Shown one piece after another: positions 51,922-64,000 of a DNA stretch of 64,000 bases. How positions within the stretch are numbered: the first letter of the stretch is position 1; each line of letters opens with the position of its first letter. Made by a program: the position numbers and the translations under genes. This stretch comes from Felis catus. Its lineage: Eukaryota. The notes under the pieces were generated by a model. That model did no database searches. It had not been told where the DNA came from and worked only from the letters and a program-made list of their open reading frames with translations. The DNA is taken from positions 19,406,001 through 19,470,000 of the forward strand of contig NC_058383.1 in the NCBI RefSeq assembly GCF_018350175.1, in the 5' to 3' direction.

Positions 51922-53043
51922 ACCTTTCTGTATTTTCTAACTTCTCTGCAATCAACGTTCCTTAGTTCTGGAATCAGACAGAGATGAAGAACATCTAATG
52001 CAGGCCCTACCAAGGGGGTAGGACCACACGGGCCCCGCCTCCCTCACTTCCCTCACTTCCCTTGCACAGGAGGACAGGACCTCCCCCACCCCCAGCCGGA
52101 CCCGCACACCTAAACGTGCTGCTATGGTTCCAAGGATGCCCTACTCCCTAATTCTCTTTTAACAACCCCACGAGGTGGTAGCCCAACTTTCAGTTCCATT
52201 CTGCAGGTGAGAAAACTGAGGCACGGAAAAACGTAACGGGAGCATATAATTGCCAAAGGCCACACAGCTAGAACCGGGAGGCAAGCCCCAGCAGTCTGAG
52301 CTGGACCTCTGCCCCCTGAGGGGTCCCCGACCACCCCCTCTGCCATTCATGAGCCAACCACCGTCCAGGGGGTCAACAAAGCACGAGCAGCCCGGAGAAT
52401 ATTTTTTGAAAGAGTGTAGGTTTCTGTGTCAAAAAAAAGAAAAAGGAAAGAAATGGAGAACTTCAATGAACTTCCTTATATTTATTTCAGTTTTGTTTTG
52501 AATCATCCAGTGGGAGCAGGGAGGGGCACACACTCCCTTCTCTGGCCTCTGATTGGAAGCCAGCTGTCGTTAACTGCACTTGGGGGCGCAGGGAGTGAGT
52601 ATCAATGTCAGCTTGGTCGGTGAGGAAACTGAGGTTTTCATGACCTGGCAGTTACCGCCCCTGCTTTCCTGTTCACCTGCCCAGTCCCGTGGTCCCAGGA
52701 GGACGGACGGGGGTCCTCGAGGGTCACTCTGAGCCGGCAGTAGGGGCCGTGGGGAGAATCGGGAAAGCAGCCTATATATGAGAGCCGCTTGGTGACCCGA
52801 GTGGGGCTGGGCTTCGTGCGTTCATCTCTCTCAACCTCACTGAGTCCTCAGACGAGGGAGGAGGGAGTGAAGATGCCCATTTTACAGGTAAAGAAACCGA
52901 CCCTTGCTCTCGGGTCCTCACTTCCAAGATGACCAAGAAAAGAAAGAACAATGGCCATGCCCAAAAGGGCCACAGCCACGTGCAGCCTATTTGCTGTGCC
53001 AAATGTGCCCCATCGGTGTCTAGCACAAGGCCACCAAGAAGCC

Positions 53044-53250
53044 CGGGGGGCTCCGTCCGTTAAGGGTCCAACTCTTGACTTCAGCTCAGGTCACGATCTC
53101 ATGGTTTGTGAGTTCAAGCCCCGCGTTGGGCTCTGCGCTGACAGAGTGGAGCCTGCTTGGGGTTGTCTCTTTCCCTCTCTCCCTGCTCATGCATGTGCTC
53201 TCTCACTCTCTCTCAAAATAAATAAACTTCAAAAAAAAAAGAAGAAGAAG
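53044..53250 (+). mobile_element. CanSINE
   Basis: SINE body with A/(GAA) tail. Confidence 0.88.
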
Positions 53251-54185
53251 AAGTCTGGGATTTGAAACATGGCAGAGGCCACACTTGTCAGGGACATTTC
53301 CAAAGTGAGTGTCTTGGGTGCCTGTGTGCTTCCCAGGCTGCACGTGAAACCCCATTCATGCCTGAGCTGCGCCGTTTCTGGCAAGACGGTCCGGAACCGG
53401 TCTGGCACGGCCCAGGAGGACCGAACACCCCCACCCCAACTTAGACCTGCGGGTGCTGCCCCGTGACCTTCACCAAAGCCCAGCTAAGGAGCTAGGTCCT
53501 AGAGGACTAAAGAAAAACTGCCCTCTAGGAAAAAATAAAGTGGACTTAATGCCTTTCAAAAAAAAAGAAAGAAAGGAAAATTGAGCCTTGGGACGGTCGC
53601 AGGATGCCTGAGGTCCCCCAGGGTGACACACATACTCTCCGCTTTCCACGGTGCTCAGGACGTGGAGTGTCCGTTCAGCCCTGGACTCGCGGTGTTAAAA
53701 CTGGGGCGGGTTTGCCTGTGAACCCAGGTGCCCTCGCTTGCAAGATGAGGATCACGTTGCATTCCTCGCAGGGTATCCTGAGGGTTTAACAACTGCAGTG
53801 TTTCGTCAGCCTCACCGCCTACACGACAAGGTGGCCGTGCGCTGGACAGCTATTGTCTTCTGCCTGCTCGCTATCTACCCTTCCCCCCCCCTTCGTCTGG
53901 TCACGGGATCCCGGGGTTCCTTTGGGAAACACCCCTTCCCTACCACGTGCCTAACATGGGGTCAACTCCCACCCCGGCCCTGTCACCGGGGTGACGCAAA
54001 ACCCTGGGCTGGCTCTGGGTCTCAGTCCGCTCTCCTTTGCCGTAGCGGCTGAGAGAATTGTAATAATGACAGGAAGGGAAGGAGAGGACGAGGCACCTGT
54101 CACTTATTCAGGGCTTCCTACATGCCAGGCGCTGCTCAGAACACCCCTCATGACCTGATGATGTAGGTGCCACTATTATGTCCAT

Positions 54186-54405
54186 TCTTTTTTTAAGTTT
54201 ATTTATTTTTTGAGAGAGAGTGTGTGTGTGTGTGTGCACGCACGCATGAGTGGGGGATGGACAGAGAGAGAGGGAGAGAGAGAATCCCAGGCAGGCTCCA
54301 CACTGTCACAGCCCGATGTGGGGCTCGAACTCACGAACCACAAGATCGTGACCTGAGGCAAAGTCAAGAGCCGGACGCTTAACCCACTGAGCCCCCCAGG
54401 TGCCC
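54186..54405 (-). mobile_element. CanSINE inside a MIR
   Basis: Reverse-strand SINE flanked by ttat...ccattct. Confidence 0.9.
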
Positions 54406-55719
54406 TTATTATCCCCATTCTCCACAAGAAGAGACTGAGGCCCTCGGTCCACAGACTGAGGGATAATTCTCGCAGGCCCAGTTCCCCCAGGAGACAAACC
54501 TTTCAAGAGGAATTTGCGGGAAGCTCCTTCTCTTAGACAGTAGCATTCTCTTTTCTAACCATATTCGGTATTCTACAAAGTGAATTTGGGGGTGGGGAGG
54601 TAAAGGGAGATAGTTTCAAGGCAATTTCATGCCTAAGATCTGGAAATATAGAAAACTTTGATGATGCTCTGTTGAAGGGCACACTGTTTATCCAAAACAG
54701 GCTCGGGAAGGGGAAGCTGTCAACATTATCTCTTTCTGGTCACAAATTGCAGCCCNNNNNNNNNNNNNNNNNNNNNNNNNNNNNNNNNNNNNNNNNNNNN
54801 NNNNNNNNNNNNNNNNNNNNNNNNNNNNNNNNNNNNNNNNNNNNNNNNNNNNNNNNNNNNNNNNNNNNNNNNNNNNNNNNNNNNNNNTTGGCCTTGCCAT
54901 TAAACTTGGGTTACGGGCACTGTGTCTGCAGCCACGTTTCCCGCAGCTCCCAGCCTGACTGTGGGGGTCTCAGAGTAGGCTGGCGATTCGGGTGCGAGGG
55001 ATTACGTGAGGTTCCAACGCACCGAAGGGATGAGGAGCACTGGTCCAATCGGGGCCTGCTTGATTGTGACAAGACCTCTCATCCATCTGTGACTCTGATG
55101 GGATGAGCTTTCTAAACGGGCTACCTTGCCCCTGCCAGTCCTAAATTATAGCCCACAAGGTTTATTGAGCTCCTAGTATGTGCCAGGCACCACGCTAAGC
55201 ACTTTACAGGTATTAAATCACTGAATTCTTACCACAACCCTCTGATGGCGGGCTCTATACTATCCCTACTCTTTAGAAGAGGAAGTCAAGTCACAGGCAG
55301 GATGGGCAACTTGCCTGAATGAAGGGGCTCGCCTAGGAATCCAGGCAATTTGTTTCCAGGGTTCCCAGGCTCCACTACTTTGCTAAGTGGCTTCTAACCC
55401 TGCCATGTGACTTATTTGCCCTGGAGAAATCAGAAGTTGTCAGTGTCTTGAGGGACCCCCACCCTCCAAGCTCTCAGAGCTGCAGAGGCCAAGACCTCAA
55501 GAAGCAGAAAGGCTGATAATGGTAGCCTCACAACTGGGAATGTACTTGGCAGTTGAATGGAAAACGGATTGGGTCCTTCTCTGCCTAGAAATGTGAACTA
55601 AAGGGTTTCGTTCTGGGAGAAGTGTGGATTTGGAATGTCAGCTGTCATATCAGACAGGCTCTTGTAATCAAGCGCTATTAGCTTCCATTGTCTTTTTTTT
55701 CCCCTTCTCTCTCTCTCTT

Positions 55720-55971
55720 CCTTTTTTTTTTTTTTTTTTTTTTTTTGGTTATTTAAAAAATTTTTTAGTATGTATTTATTGTGAGAGAGATAGTGTGCAC
55801 GCACACGGCCATGCATGAGCAGGGGAGGAACAGAGAGAGAAGGAGAGAGAAAGAATCCCACGCTCTTAGTATAGAGCCAGACATAGGGCTCGATCTCTGT
55901 GACCGTGAGATCATGAGCTGAGCCAAGATCAAGAGTGGGACGCTCAACCGACTGAGCCACCCAGGCGCCCC
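55720..55971 (-). mobile_element. CanSINE
   Basis: Reverse-strand SINE with long T tract. Confidence 0.88.
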
Positions 55972-56550
55972 TATTTTTTAAATTTTTAAACAAAGGGGCT
56001 GAGATCTGTACAGATGGAAGGGCCAGCTCCCCATTCTCCAGAAGGCTGAAGTGGCAAGAGTGCTGAGCTCTGAAACGAGGGAGGGGAAGGGTCTGTTGAC
56101 TGCCTGCTAGCGGGGGGGCCTGAAACTTACAGTACAAGTTACCAGCCCCACTGGCCTCCTGCAATCAGCCAAGCGAGGTGCTCAGAGCCAAGGGCCCGGG
56201 AGAGATGGCTTTTAAAAACTGACGTGCTAGACGTGCCTCCAAATCCTTCTTAGGTCAGCTGCCCTGCTCCTACCCCACCCCCCCCAAGCATGGCCTGGAG
56301 AACATACCGGGGCAGCCACTGAACGGCCCCCGGTGTGCCTACCTCAGCCAAGGGCAGTCACACTTGAACCTGGCCAGCATTCTACAAGGTGGCCTAGAAG
56401 AAAAGCTCTGTTCCTCTTCTGTTGTTGGGAGACAAATTGGGAATGTCAGTTTTTAAAAAGCACGTACCCTTTGAGCCATTAATTCCACTCTTGAGAATTT
56501 AAACTTTGGCTATTCCTACACGCGTGCACAAAGATGTCTGCTCTAGAGTA

Positions 56551-57321
56551 TTCTTTTTTTTTTAAGTTTATTTATTTATTTTGAGAGAGAGAGAAAGAGA
56601 CAGCATGAGTTGGGGAGGGGCAGAGAGAGAGACAGAGAGAATCCCAAGCATGCTCGGCACTGTCAGCACAGAGCCCAACTCAGGACTCGAACCCACAAAC
56701 TGTGAGACTATGACCTGAGCCGAAATCGAGAGTCGGACACCCAACTGACTGAGCCACCCAGGCGCCCCTAGGATATTCTTTAAAGTAGTCTCAAGATGGG
56801 GGCGCCTGGGTGGCTCCGTCGGTTGAGCGACCGACTTCGGCTCAGGTCATGATCTCGCCGTCCTCGAGTTCATGCCCCACGTCGGGTTCTGTGCTGACGG
56901 CTCAGAAGTTGGAGCCTGCTTCTGATTCTGTGTCTCCATCTCTCTCTGCCCCTCCCACACTCATGCTCTGTCTATCAAAAATAAATAAACATTAAAAAAA
57001 AACCAGTACTCTCGCAGTAGCAAAAGGCTCCTAATAGCCTAGAGGGTCGTCAACCAGGATCTAGTGATATGTTTACAGACAAGTCCACAATTCTTTACAT
57101 GTGTTTATTTATATTATTTATTTATAGGTTTTTTTTAATGTTTTATTTATTTTTGAGACCATGTGAGAAGGGGAAGGGCAGAGAGGGAGGGGGACAGAGG
57201 ATCCGAAGCAGGCTTTGTGTGGACAGCAGTGAGAGTGATGTGGGGCTCAAACTCACAAACCGTGAGATCATGTCCTGAGCCAAAGTTGGACACACAACCG
57301 ACTGAGCCACCCAGGCGCCCC
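56551..57321. mobile_element. Cluster of three CanSINEs (minus 56551-56768, plus 56798-57003, minus ~57105-57321) within old L1M sequence
   Basis: Three SINE bodies read directly. Confidence 0.9.
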
Positions 57322-59269
57322 TATATGCATTGGTTTAGTATCAAAACCTGATCTGAACTGATATGAAACTCACAGTGTTTTTCCCGCCTAGGATGAATAT
57401 TCATATTTCCCTGCAGATATATTCGTGTGTTTGATTATAGGGTGTTGTCCCAGACCATACTGGGATGGTATTACTTTCTAAATTCTAAAACGATGAAACA
57501 TATTTGGCCCCACAGGTGTCAAATGAAGAACTGCGTTTCTGAGCATTCATGATGGAGCACTGTACAGCCATTAAAAAAGAAGGAATGAGGTCTGTGCACA
57601 TGGCCTGCTATGGAACGCTCTCTAAGACGTGCCATTAAGTGAAAAAAATAATGCCAGGAAAAAAAAAAGCAGCATGTGTCGCTGTGCTATCAGGAGGACA
57701 GAGGACAGATATGCTCTGCATAGTTGTATAGCTACAGAATACTTCTGGAAGGACACGTAAGACATTTCTTACTGCGGTTGCCTCTTGAGAGGGCATCTGG
57801 GGGACTGATGGCAGGAGCACTTATCCCTTAAACAGCCTTTGGTATTGACCATCAGGTCAGTCAGTCTCTCTTTCTGCCTCTGAACTGGGAGAAGGAACAG
57901 CTGGTAGGGAAGAGAATCAGGACAATGACAGGTGCACAGACAAGAGGGAGCAGCGGCATGTCCCTGGTGGTACACAGAGAGGCCTGTCCAGCTTTCCCCA
58001 TCCCTGGAGGCAGCCTGAATCCTGGACTCCCTCCTTCCCTGTGTTCCCTTGAGATCCGGTTCCTCCTCTGCTTGGCAAAGATGGAAGGAGTCTCTAGTCC
58101 TTGCACCGAAAGGCTCTGCTCAGCAGCAGGAAGGGCCGTGTGTGCGTGCGCGTGCGCGTGCACTTGTACGTGCATACAAAGGGGAAGCTTAACGTTTTCT
58201 AGGTGGTTGAGTTAAATGACTTTTGCAGTCCTTCACAAAGTGAGCTTAGCAGACGGGTGTGCTGGGAAGAGCATTTTTCAGAATCTCCAATCGGCTGCAA
58301 AGGAAGGCAGTCCGTCGTCACGGGAGCCTCTCAGACTGGCTCAGGGCGGGGGGCGCATGAGCTAGCCTGCCTGGGGCCCACCCGCCTGGGGGCGCACAGC
58401 CAGGAGACTGGAAGGCTGGAATCAGTCCAAAGTCCAGCTGGAGCAAGGGAGACCCCTTCAGCAAGAAGCACAATCGTGCACTCTGTCCAAGGGCATGGAT
58501 ACCTCTCCGTTAACTGCCAGACATGCTAAGAAATGGTTAAAATAATGTAACGCCTAACGTTTATGGACCGCTTAGGATGGGTCCTGGCACCGCGCAAGGT
58601 ATTTAACACGTTACTGCCTAGTAGACACAATCTCGGGAGGACAGGGGTCAAGAGAATCGTCCAAGGTCCTATGGCTGGGATTTGAGGCAGAGGCACATGT
58701 GGCTACTAATTCGGTCTCCTGGAGTCCCTGTGTCTCTATGCAGCAGGACAAGTCTCCAGTGCCACGTCGGTGAGCCCCACGGTGCCGTGGCCACCAGTAT
58801 GGACGCTGGAGGGGCGGCGAATCAAGATCTGTTCCCTCCTCGGAGGTTTTCTTTTTTACTTTTTTAAACACTGTGTGATAAATTTACTTCCTAATGATTT
58901 TTGAGTAAACTACAATGACCACAATTTCAAAGTCATTAATAATTCATGACCGAGGACCATAAACACTATATAATCTCCACAGGCAACAAACCACGAATAC
59001 TTGTTAGCGACAAGGCTGAGAATATCTTTGCCAGCTAAATGGAAGTACGTACCCGCTTCGAGCTACGCCTCCCATACGCGTTTCAGAAATGACCGCAGCC
59101 CTTCCAAAGCCTGGGTTCCAGCCTTCTTTCCCTCCTCCAGCACCTCACCCCCTGGGGTTTTATCTGTGCCTGTGGCACGGCTCGAGGACTGAGGTGTCCT
59201 GGGGCCAGGCAGCCAAGCAGAGCTCGGGGAAGGATCTGAGCTGACAGCCAGGGGTTACTTACTACGATC

Positions 59270-59450
59270 AACCGCTGGCTTTCACCTGTGGCTGCACACC
59301 GGAACCCCTTGGGGGGTGGTCACAAAATTCCGAAGCCTGGGTCCCACCCCTGGAGATTCCTATTTAACTGGTTTGAAAAGAGGCCTGAACTTCGGGGTAT
59401 TTAAAAAGCTCCTGGGGAGTCTAACGTGCAGCAATGTTGGTGAACACTGC
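59270..59450. mobile_element. MER5A-like fossil
   Basis: gcctgggtcccacccctggagattcctatttaactggtttg...tttaaaaagctcc. Confidence 0.65.
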
Positions 59451-59676
59451 CATGGTGTGGTTGCCACTCTCTCTTGGCCACCGAGCAGGTGTGCGTGGAG
59501 GCAGGCATGGCAGAATGGAGCGCCCCACCGAAAGGAGCTCTCCTCCACACCAGCCATTGCCCGGTGTTGCCTTAAGACCTTTGTGGTCGTTCTCCATTTT
59601 AGCAAAGAAGCCAGAAGTGCGCATTGTTCTGTGAAAATTGTAAATGCGGATGCCTAATTTTTAAAAAAGGTGTAAT

Positions 59677-59846
59677 GGGGGAGGGTGTCTGGGTGGTTCA
59701 GTCAGTTAAGCGCCCGACTTCGGCTCAGGTCACGATCTCACAGTCTGTGAGTTCGAGCCCCGCGTCGGGCTCTGTGCTGACAGCTCGGAGCCTGGAGCCT
59801 GCTTCGGATCCTGTGTCTCCCTCTCTCTCTGCCCCTCCCCGACTCA

Positions 59847-59882
<36 letters not shown>

Positions 59883-59922
59883 ATAATAAACATTAAAGAT
59901 TTTATAAAAAATAAATTAAAAA
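59677..59922 (+). mobile_element. CanSINE inside a MER102-like remnant
   Basis: SINE body with (CT)n. Confidence 0.9.
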
Positions 59923-60655
59923 TTGTAATGGAGTCCGGGCCAAATAAAACACATCTTTGGGCTGAATTTGGCTGGCAAGTTCATTGCAAACAGCCTCCCC
60001 TCCTCCCCTCACCATGCTGGCCCATGACGGCGCGGAGAAGTTCCCAATCCCAACCGGGAGAGGAAACGGCACGTTCACCTGCCACGGTGTCACCTGACCA
60101 CCGGAGGAACACGAAGAACCTCCCTGTCTGCTTGTTCCCACGAGCTTGTCTTTTCCTTGCCGTTCATGGTGACAGAGTCTGATCTATACCCGGCATCCTG
60201 TGTAAGGCACAGAGTGTCAGGAAGAGCAGATTTCACAGGTGGTGTGGGAGGGATGCGGAAAGGGGAGGAAGGTGGAAAAAAGCACGTTATATCAAGATGA
60301 GCATCTGCCAGCTTTTGCCATTAGTTTCCTTCTCCTATTTTTCTAACCAAACAAAAGCCCTGTGAGGAGAACCAGCACCCTCCTTTTCAGAAAGGCCTGA
60401 ACCCATTTTAAATCTCTCAGATATTGTGATAAATATCTCCACTCTCTTGGTTTGTTTGGGTTTTTCTGTTTGTTTGTTTCTCGTGCCAAGCTCTTCGCCA
60501 GGCGGAGTGATCTGAAATGCTCTGGGGCAACTGGCAGGATGGGAGTAGCCAAGAAAGCGGCAATCAGGAAGCCCTGTTGCCAAGAAGAAAGACTGAGGAG
60601 GAAAAGGGTATCTCAACTAGCTACCCGCTGCCCTGCTTTGTTGATTCCCAGCAAG

Positions 60656-60890
60656 TTTCTTTTTTTTTTTTTTTTAATTTTTTTTTTCAACGTTTATTTA
60701 TTTTTGGGCCAGAGAGAGACAGAGCATGAACGGGGGAGGGGCAGAGAGAGAGGGAGACACAGAAGCGGAAACAGGCTCCAGGCCCCGAGCCATCAGCCCA
60801 GAGCCCGACGCGGGGCTCGAACTCCCGGACCGCGAGATCGTGACCTGGCTGAAGTCGGAGGCCTAACCGACTGCGCCGCCCAGGCGCCCC
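60656..60890 (-). mobile_element. Young felid CanSINE (SINEC_Fc type)
   Basis: Same diagnostic motifs as 9228-9471; TSD cccagcaagtttctt / cccagcaaatttctt. Confidence 0.95.
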
Positions 60891-61879
60891 ACCCAGCAAA
60901 TTTCTTAATGCAGATAAATGGGATGCTGTTACTCTGTGATCAAAAGCCTCAGTTAGGTCGAAACAATTCATGCCTGCCTTGGGAGCGGGGAGCGGGGGGC
61001 GGGGGGGGGTGCTGGTCACCCCACCCCCAGGTCACGTCACCAAGGGGGGGCACCAGGAGCCTGCGGGCCTGTGCTCACTCCTGTTCCGGGCTCCTCTGCA
61101 CCCCCTAGTCTCTGGAAAGACTTTGCGGGAGACGTGCACATCTGTTCCTGCTTCCAAAAAAATGTTCTTACCAGAAAGGAGTGATGGAATCCACCCCGGC
61201 TCAGATTCTAGAACGTCCACTGGGGCTGACACTTAAATCTTTTTAGTAGCACCAAAGTCCCTAAGTTATCTCTCAGCCCTCATCCCAGGTAGGCTGCTTG
61301 AATGAGAAGAAAACCCACGGTGGCTGTTCTGGCTACAGTTGAGAAAGGAGACAAGAGGGGGTGGGATGACAGCCATCGCAAAGGCCCTTTGCAGTCCAAC
61401 CCCAACCTGCCTCCTCAGAGCTGGTTTGGGAGGCCAACACAGAGGACACAGACATGGAAAGAGAAAGACCAAGTGTTGTGGCCATTTCTGAGCCCCTGGA
61501 CCCAGCTCAGCCTGGGAAATTCCTTTTCATTGTTGGAATTATGTCACTTTACAGGCAAGAGTGTTAACACATAAGTGTTGATGAATTTCAGGATTGGTTG
61601 ATACTTATGACGAGCCACACGCCTGCATACCCATGTACCCCTACACTCGTCTGTGGCTAAAGACTCCAATTCAAACTCCCATGAGCTTGAAGATGTCATC
61701 AAAGGGCCCTGCAGTGACCTATGGGTCCTTGCTATCACTGTGTACTCCCAGGCTCAGCTACTCTTGCAACTTTCCCTATTCGTGTCTCTCTGACTTTGAC
61801 TTTGACCATGCTGCACACCCCGAGACCAGGGCTGTGTCTCTCTCATCCCTGGTGCCGGGCACAGAGCAAGTGGGCTCGG

Positions 61880-62323
61880 TGTGGCAGGTTTCAAGAAGGG
61901 CCACAGCATCCGTAGATTTCTCACCCAGAGGTGAGACCTATTTCCCCACCCCGCGAATCTGGGCTGGCCTTGTGACCTGTTTTAAGGAAACAAAGTAGCA
62001 GTAGTGACACCAGCTCACTTCCAGCAGCTTCCACTCTTCATGTGCGTGGCCCTGTGAACCTCCACATGAATAAAGCTGGCTGCCTGGCTGGCGGACGAGA
62101 AAGCATTCAAAGAGAGCCGAAGCACACTACTGATGCCCAGCCATCCCCAAGGCGACACGGCGGCTCACTGCAAAAGCCTGAGTGAGTCCAGCGGAAGTCG
62201 GCAGACCTGCCCAGCTCCAATGGCCGACCCACAGAATCACCAACTGAATGCACAGTTCTCGTTCCACATCCCTGAAACGTGGGTTTGGGATTGCTCAGTT
62301 ACACAGACAAAGCTAACTGACAC
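61880..62323. mobile_element. MaLR MLT1-type solo LTR
   Basis: gaatctgggctggccttgtgacctgtttt...gacccacagaatca...gctaactgacaca. Confidence 0.75.
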
Positions 62324-62525
62324 ACTTCCTAAGAAATTGTCGCTACAATGTAGGGACACGTTGGTTGAGAGCTCTAATTGCCAGCTAGCACTTGGTCCCG
62401 GATTCGAGCTGGAGACTCAGAGGGAAACAAGAAGGAAATCCAGGAAGACTGATTCACCAGCATGCTCCCTCAGGTGCCTTCAAGCAGAGTCGCCTCCCAC
62501 CCACCCTCACCAGTGACACATTTAC

Positions 62526-62581
62526 CTCTTTTTTCTCCCGCGAGCAGGACCGGCTTCTGTCAGCCTTCCGCGGAATCTGAC
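62526..62581 (-). CDS. KATNIP: KATNIP coding exon (human exon 2 equivalent), 56 nt
   Basis: Minus strand ctgccacag|GTCAGATTCCGCGG...AAAAAAGAG|gtaaa. Encodes (G)QIPRKADRSRSCSREKKE, matching recalled human MDGQTLRKAERSWSCSREKKE. Confidence 0.93.
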
Positions 62582-64000
62582 CTGTGGCAGTTCAAAAGCA
62601 GAACCAGAGATTAAGGCTCTTTTAAAACAGCTAGTTTATCACCGTGAAAGCTTTTTATTTGCAAACTGAATAGACGGGACCAATCATAATCAAATGATTT
62701 TAAGAAAATGTAGCCTATTATTATAGTGGGAAAATGGCATGCTCTTGAAATAGACCAACGGCAAGGAAATGGTAATTCACACGCTCACGTTATTTGACTG
62801 TAATGAACAAAGCCTCAGCTCTTTAATCTGGAACATTATCTGCACTCTGCAAGGGCCGACTGTAGATTTCCCAGTCGAATTACATTTTTATTAAATTGTT
62901 TGGAATTATATAAAATGCCTTCCACAAAAATGCCTTCCACTGTGCGCATACACATAACCTTTGATGAGTGCACACCAATGTGCTTCACCAAACCCCCAAA
63001 CTCAACACCTAGGTGATGGTGCAGATGTGAATTAGCAGTAATCACCCGCATCTCCCATATAACAGGTAATTTCAGAGAGAATGTTGCTTTTCTTAGAAAA
63101 TTGGAAGACTCACATTTGAGAGTGCGCATAAATTCAACAGCTCAACATCATTATGTTTAAATATGCTGTTCCGAATGCAGTTTTCACAACTTTTATGGAA
63201 GTGTCCATTGCAAAAGGATTCCTTGATGGAAAATTAATGGATGGCCTTGGTTTTAAAACACAAAGTGGGAACCTCTGTGCTTTGGCAACGTGTCTTCCAA
63301 ACTATCCGGCCTCACTCTTGGGTGGCGATTTATGAGGAAATCACAACCACGTGTCCCGTGAGCCAAGAGCACGCCAAAGCAGGAGGAAGAAGGCTTAGTG
63401 ATGACTCATCAAGAGGCAAGAAGTGGGGACCGAGTCTCAGAGGAAAGATGTTTGTCTCTGGTTGTGGTCGCTTCTGGTAGGTCTACACAGGTGTGGGGGA
63501 CCTCATAGCTGGTGATAAAGCACAAGTCAAGGGATGATGCTCTTTCCAAGAAAGTGAAAATAAGGGGAAAAGCAAAGGTCCACAGATGACCCTCTGACCA
63601 TGGCCAAATTTTGGCACCAATATTATAAAAGGATCTAGAAAAGAGGCCGCTGGAGAGTGCATAGACACTCTGGATTTGGATTACACAGCATCGTGGTATG
63701 ATAGACGTCTTCTGGGTTGTCTGCTCAGCTCACAGGGACACCCTAAACTGCTTCCTTCTCTCCCACTCTCCTCCCTGTCCTCAGCGGGGAGCTCCCTGGC
63801 AGCCATGACATGGCACAGGACCCCAACCCCAGTATGGCGCGCTGGGGATGGGCCCCTGACCCAACCACAGTCGATCAGAATGCCAGCCCCAGGAATTTGA
63901 CGTTGGTTTGGAAAGACAGAGAAGACAGAGGGCCAGAGCAGGGCTATTTCCACCTGTGAACTTTGATGCGGTCGGCACCCTCCTGCCTTGGGGGACAGAC

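Noticed and set aside
60452-61108. 218-aa plus-strand ORF
   Set aside because: Spans an antisense SINE and its poly(T) tail.

Overview
Mammalian (felid) genomic DNA from a gapped assembly; felid CanSINEs and carnivore L1 ends indicate the lineage. The whole window lies inside the ciliary/Joubert-syndrome gene KATNIP (KIAA0556), transcribed on the minus strand. Five canonical GT-AG coding exons are present, equivalent to human exons 2-6 (56, 77, 170, 98 and 132 nt). They splice in frame to GQIPRKADRSRSCSREKKE-GYTKDMVPDFDEKHDEYLILLQQRNR-ILKHLRSKDPMQLRLEHLEQGFSVYVNGANSELK...-DYGRRTLFREAEEALRR...GWHQ-KSVQIRTEAGPRLHIEPP...DRPQ. The ATG exon and the canonical 3' exons lie outside the window. The rest is intron: about 33 CanSINEs, truncated L1s, MIR/L2/L3, MER DNA-transposon fossils, MaLR/ERVL LTRs and microsatellites. 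Almost all ORF-track entries are chance or repeat-derived. I found no convincing wholly new biological system. The best leads are a 129-nt in-frame cassette exon (5278-5406) missing from the ORF track and from the canonical protein as I recall it, a possible in-frame alternative last exon (18314-18640), inverted L1/SINE pairs around exon 6, and AT-to-GC skew in some repeats. Protein and repeat identities come from recalled sequences, not searches; repeat boundaries are approximate.
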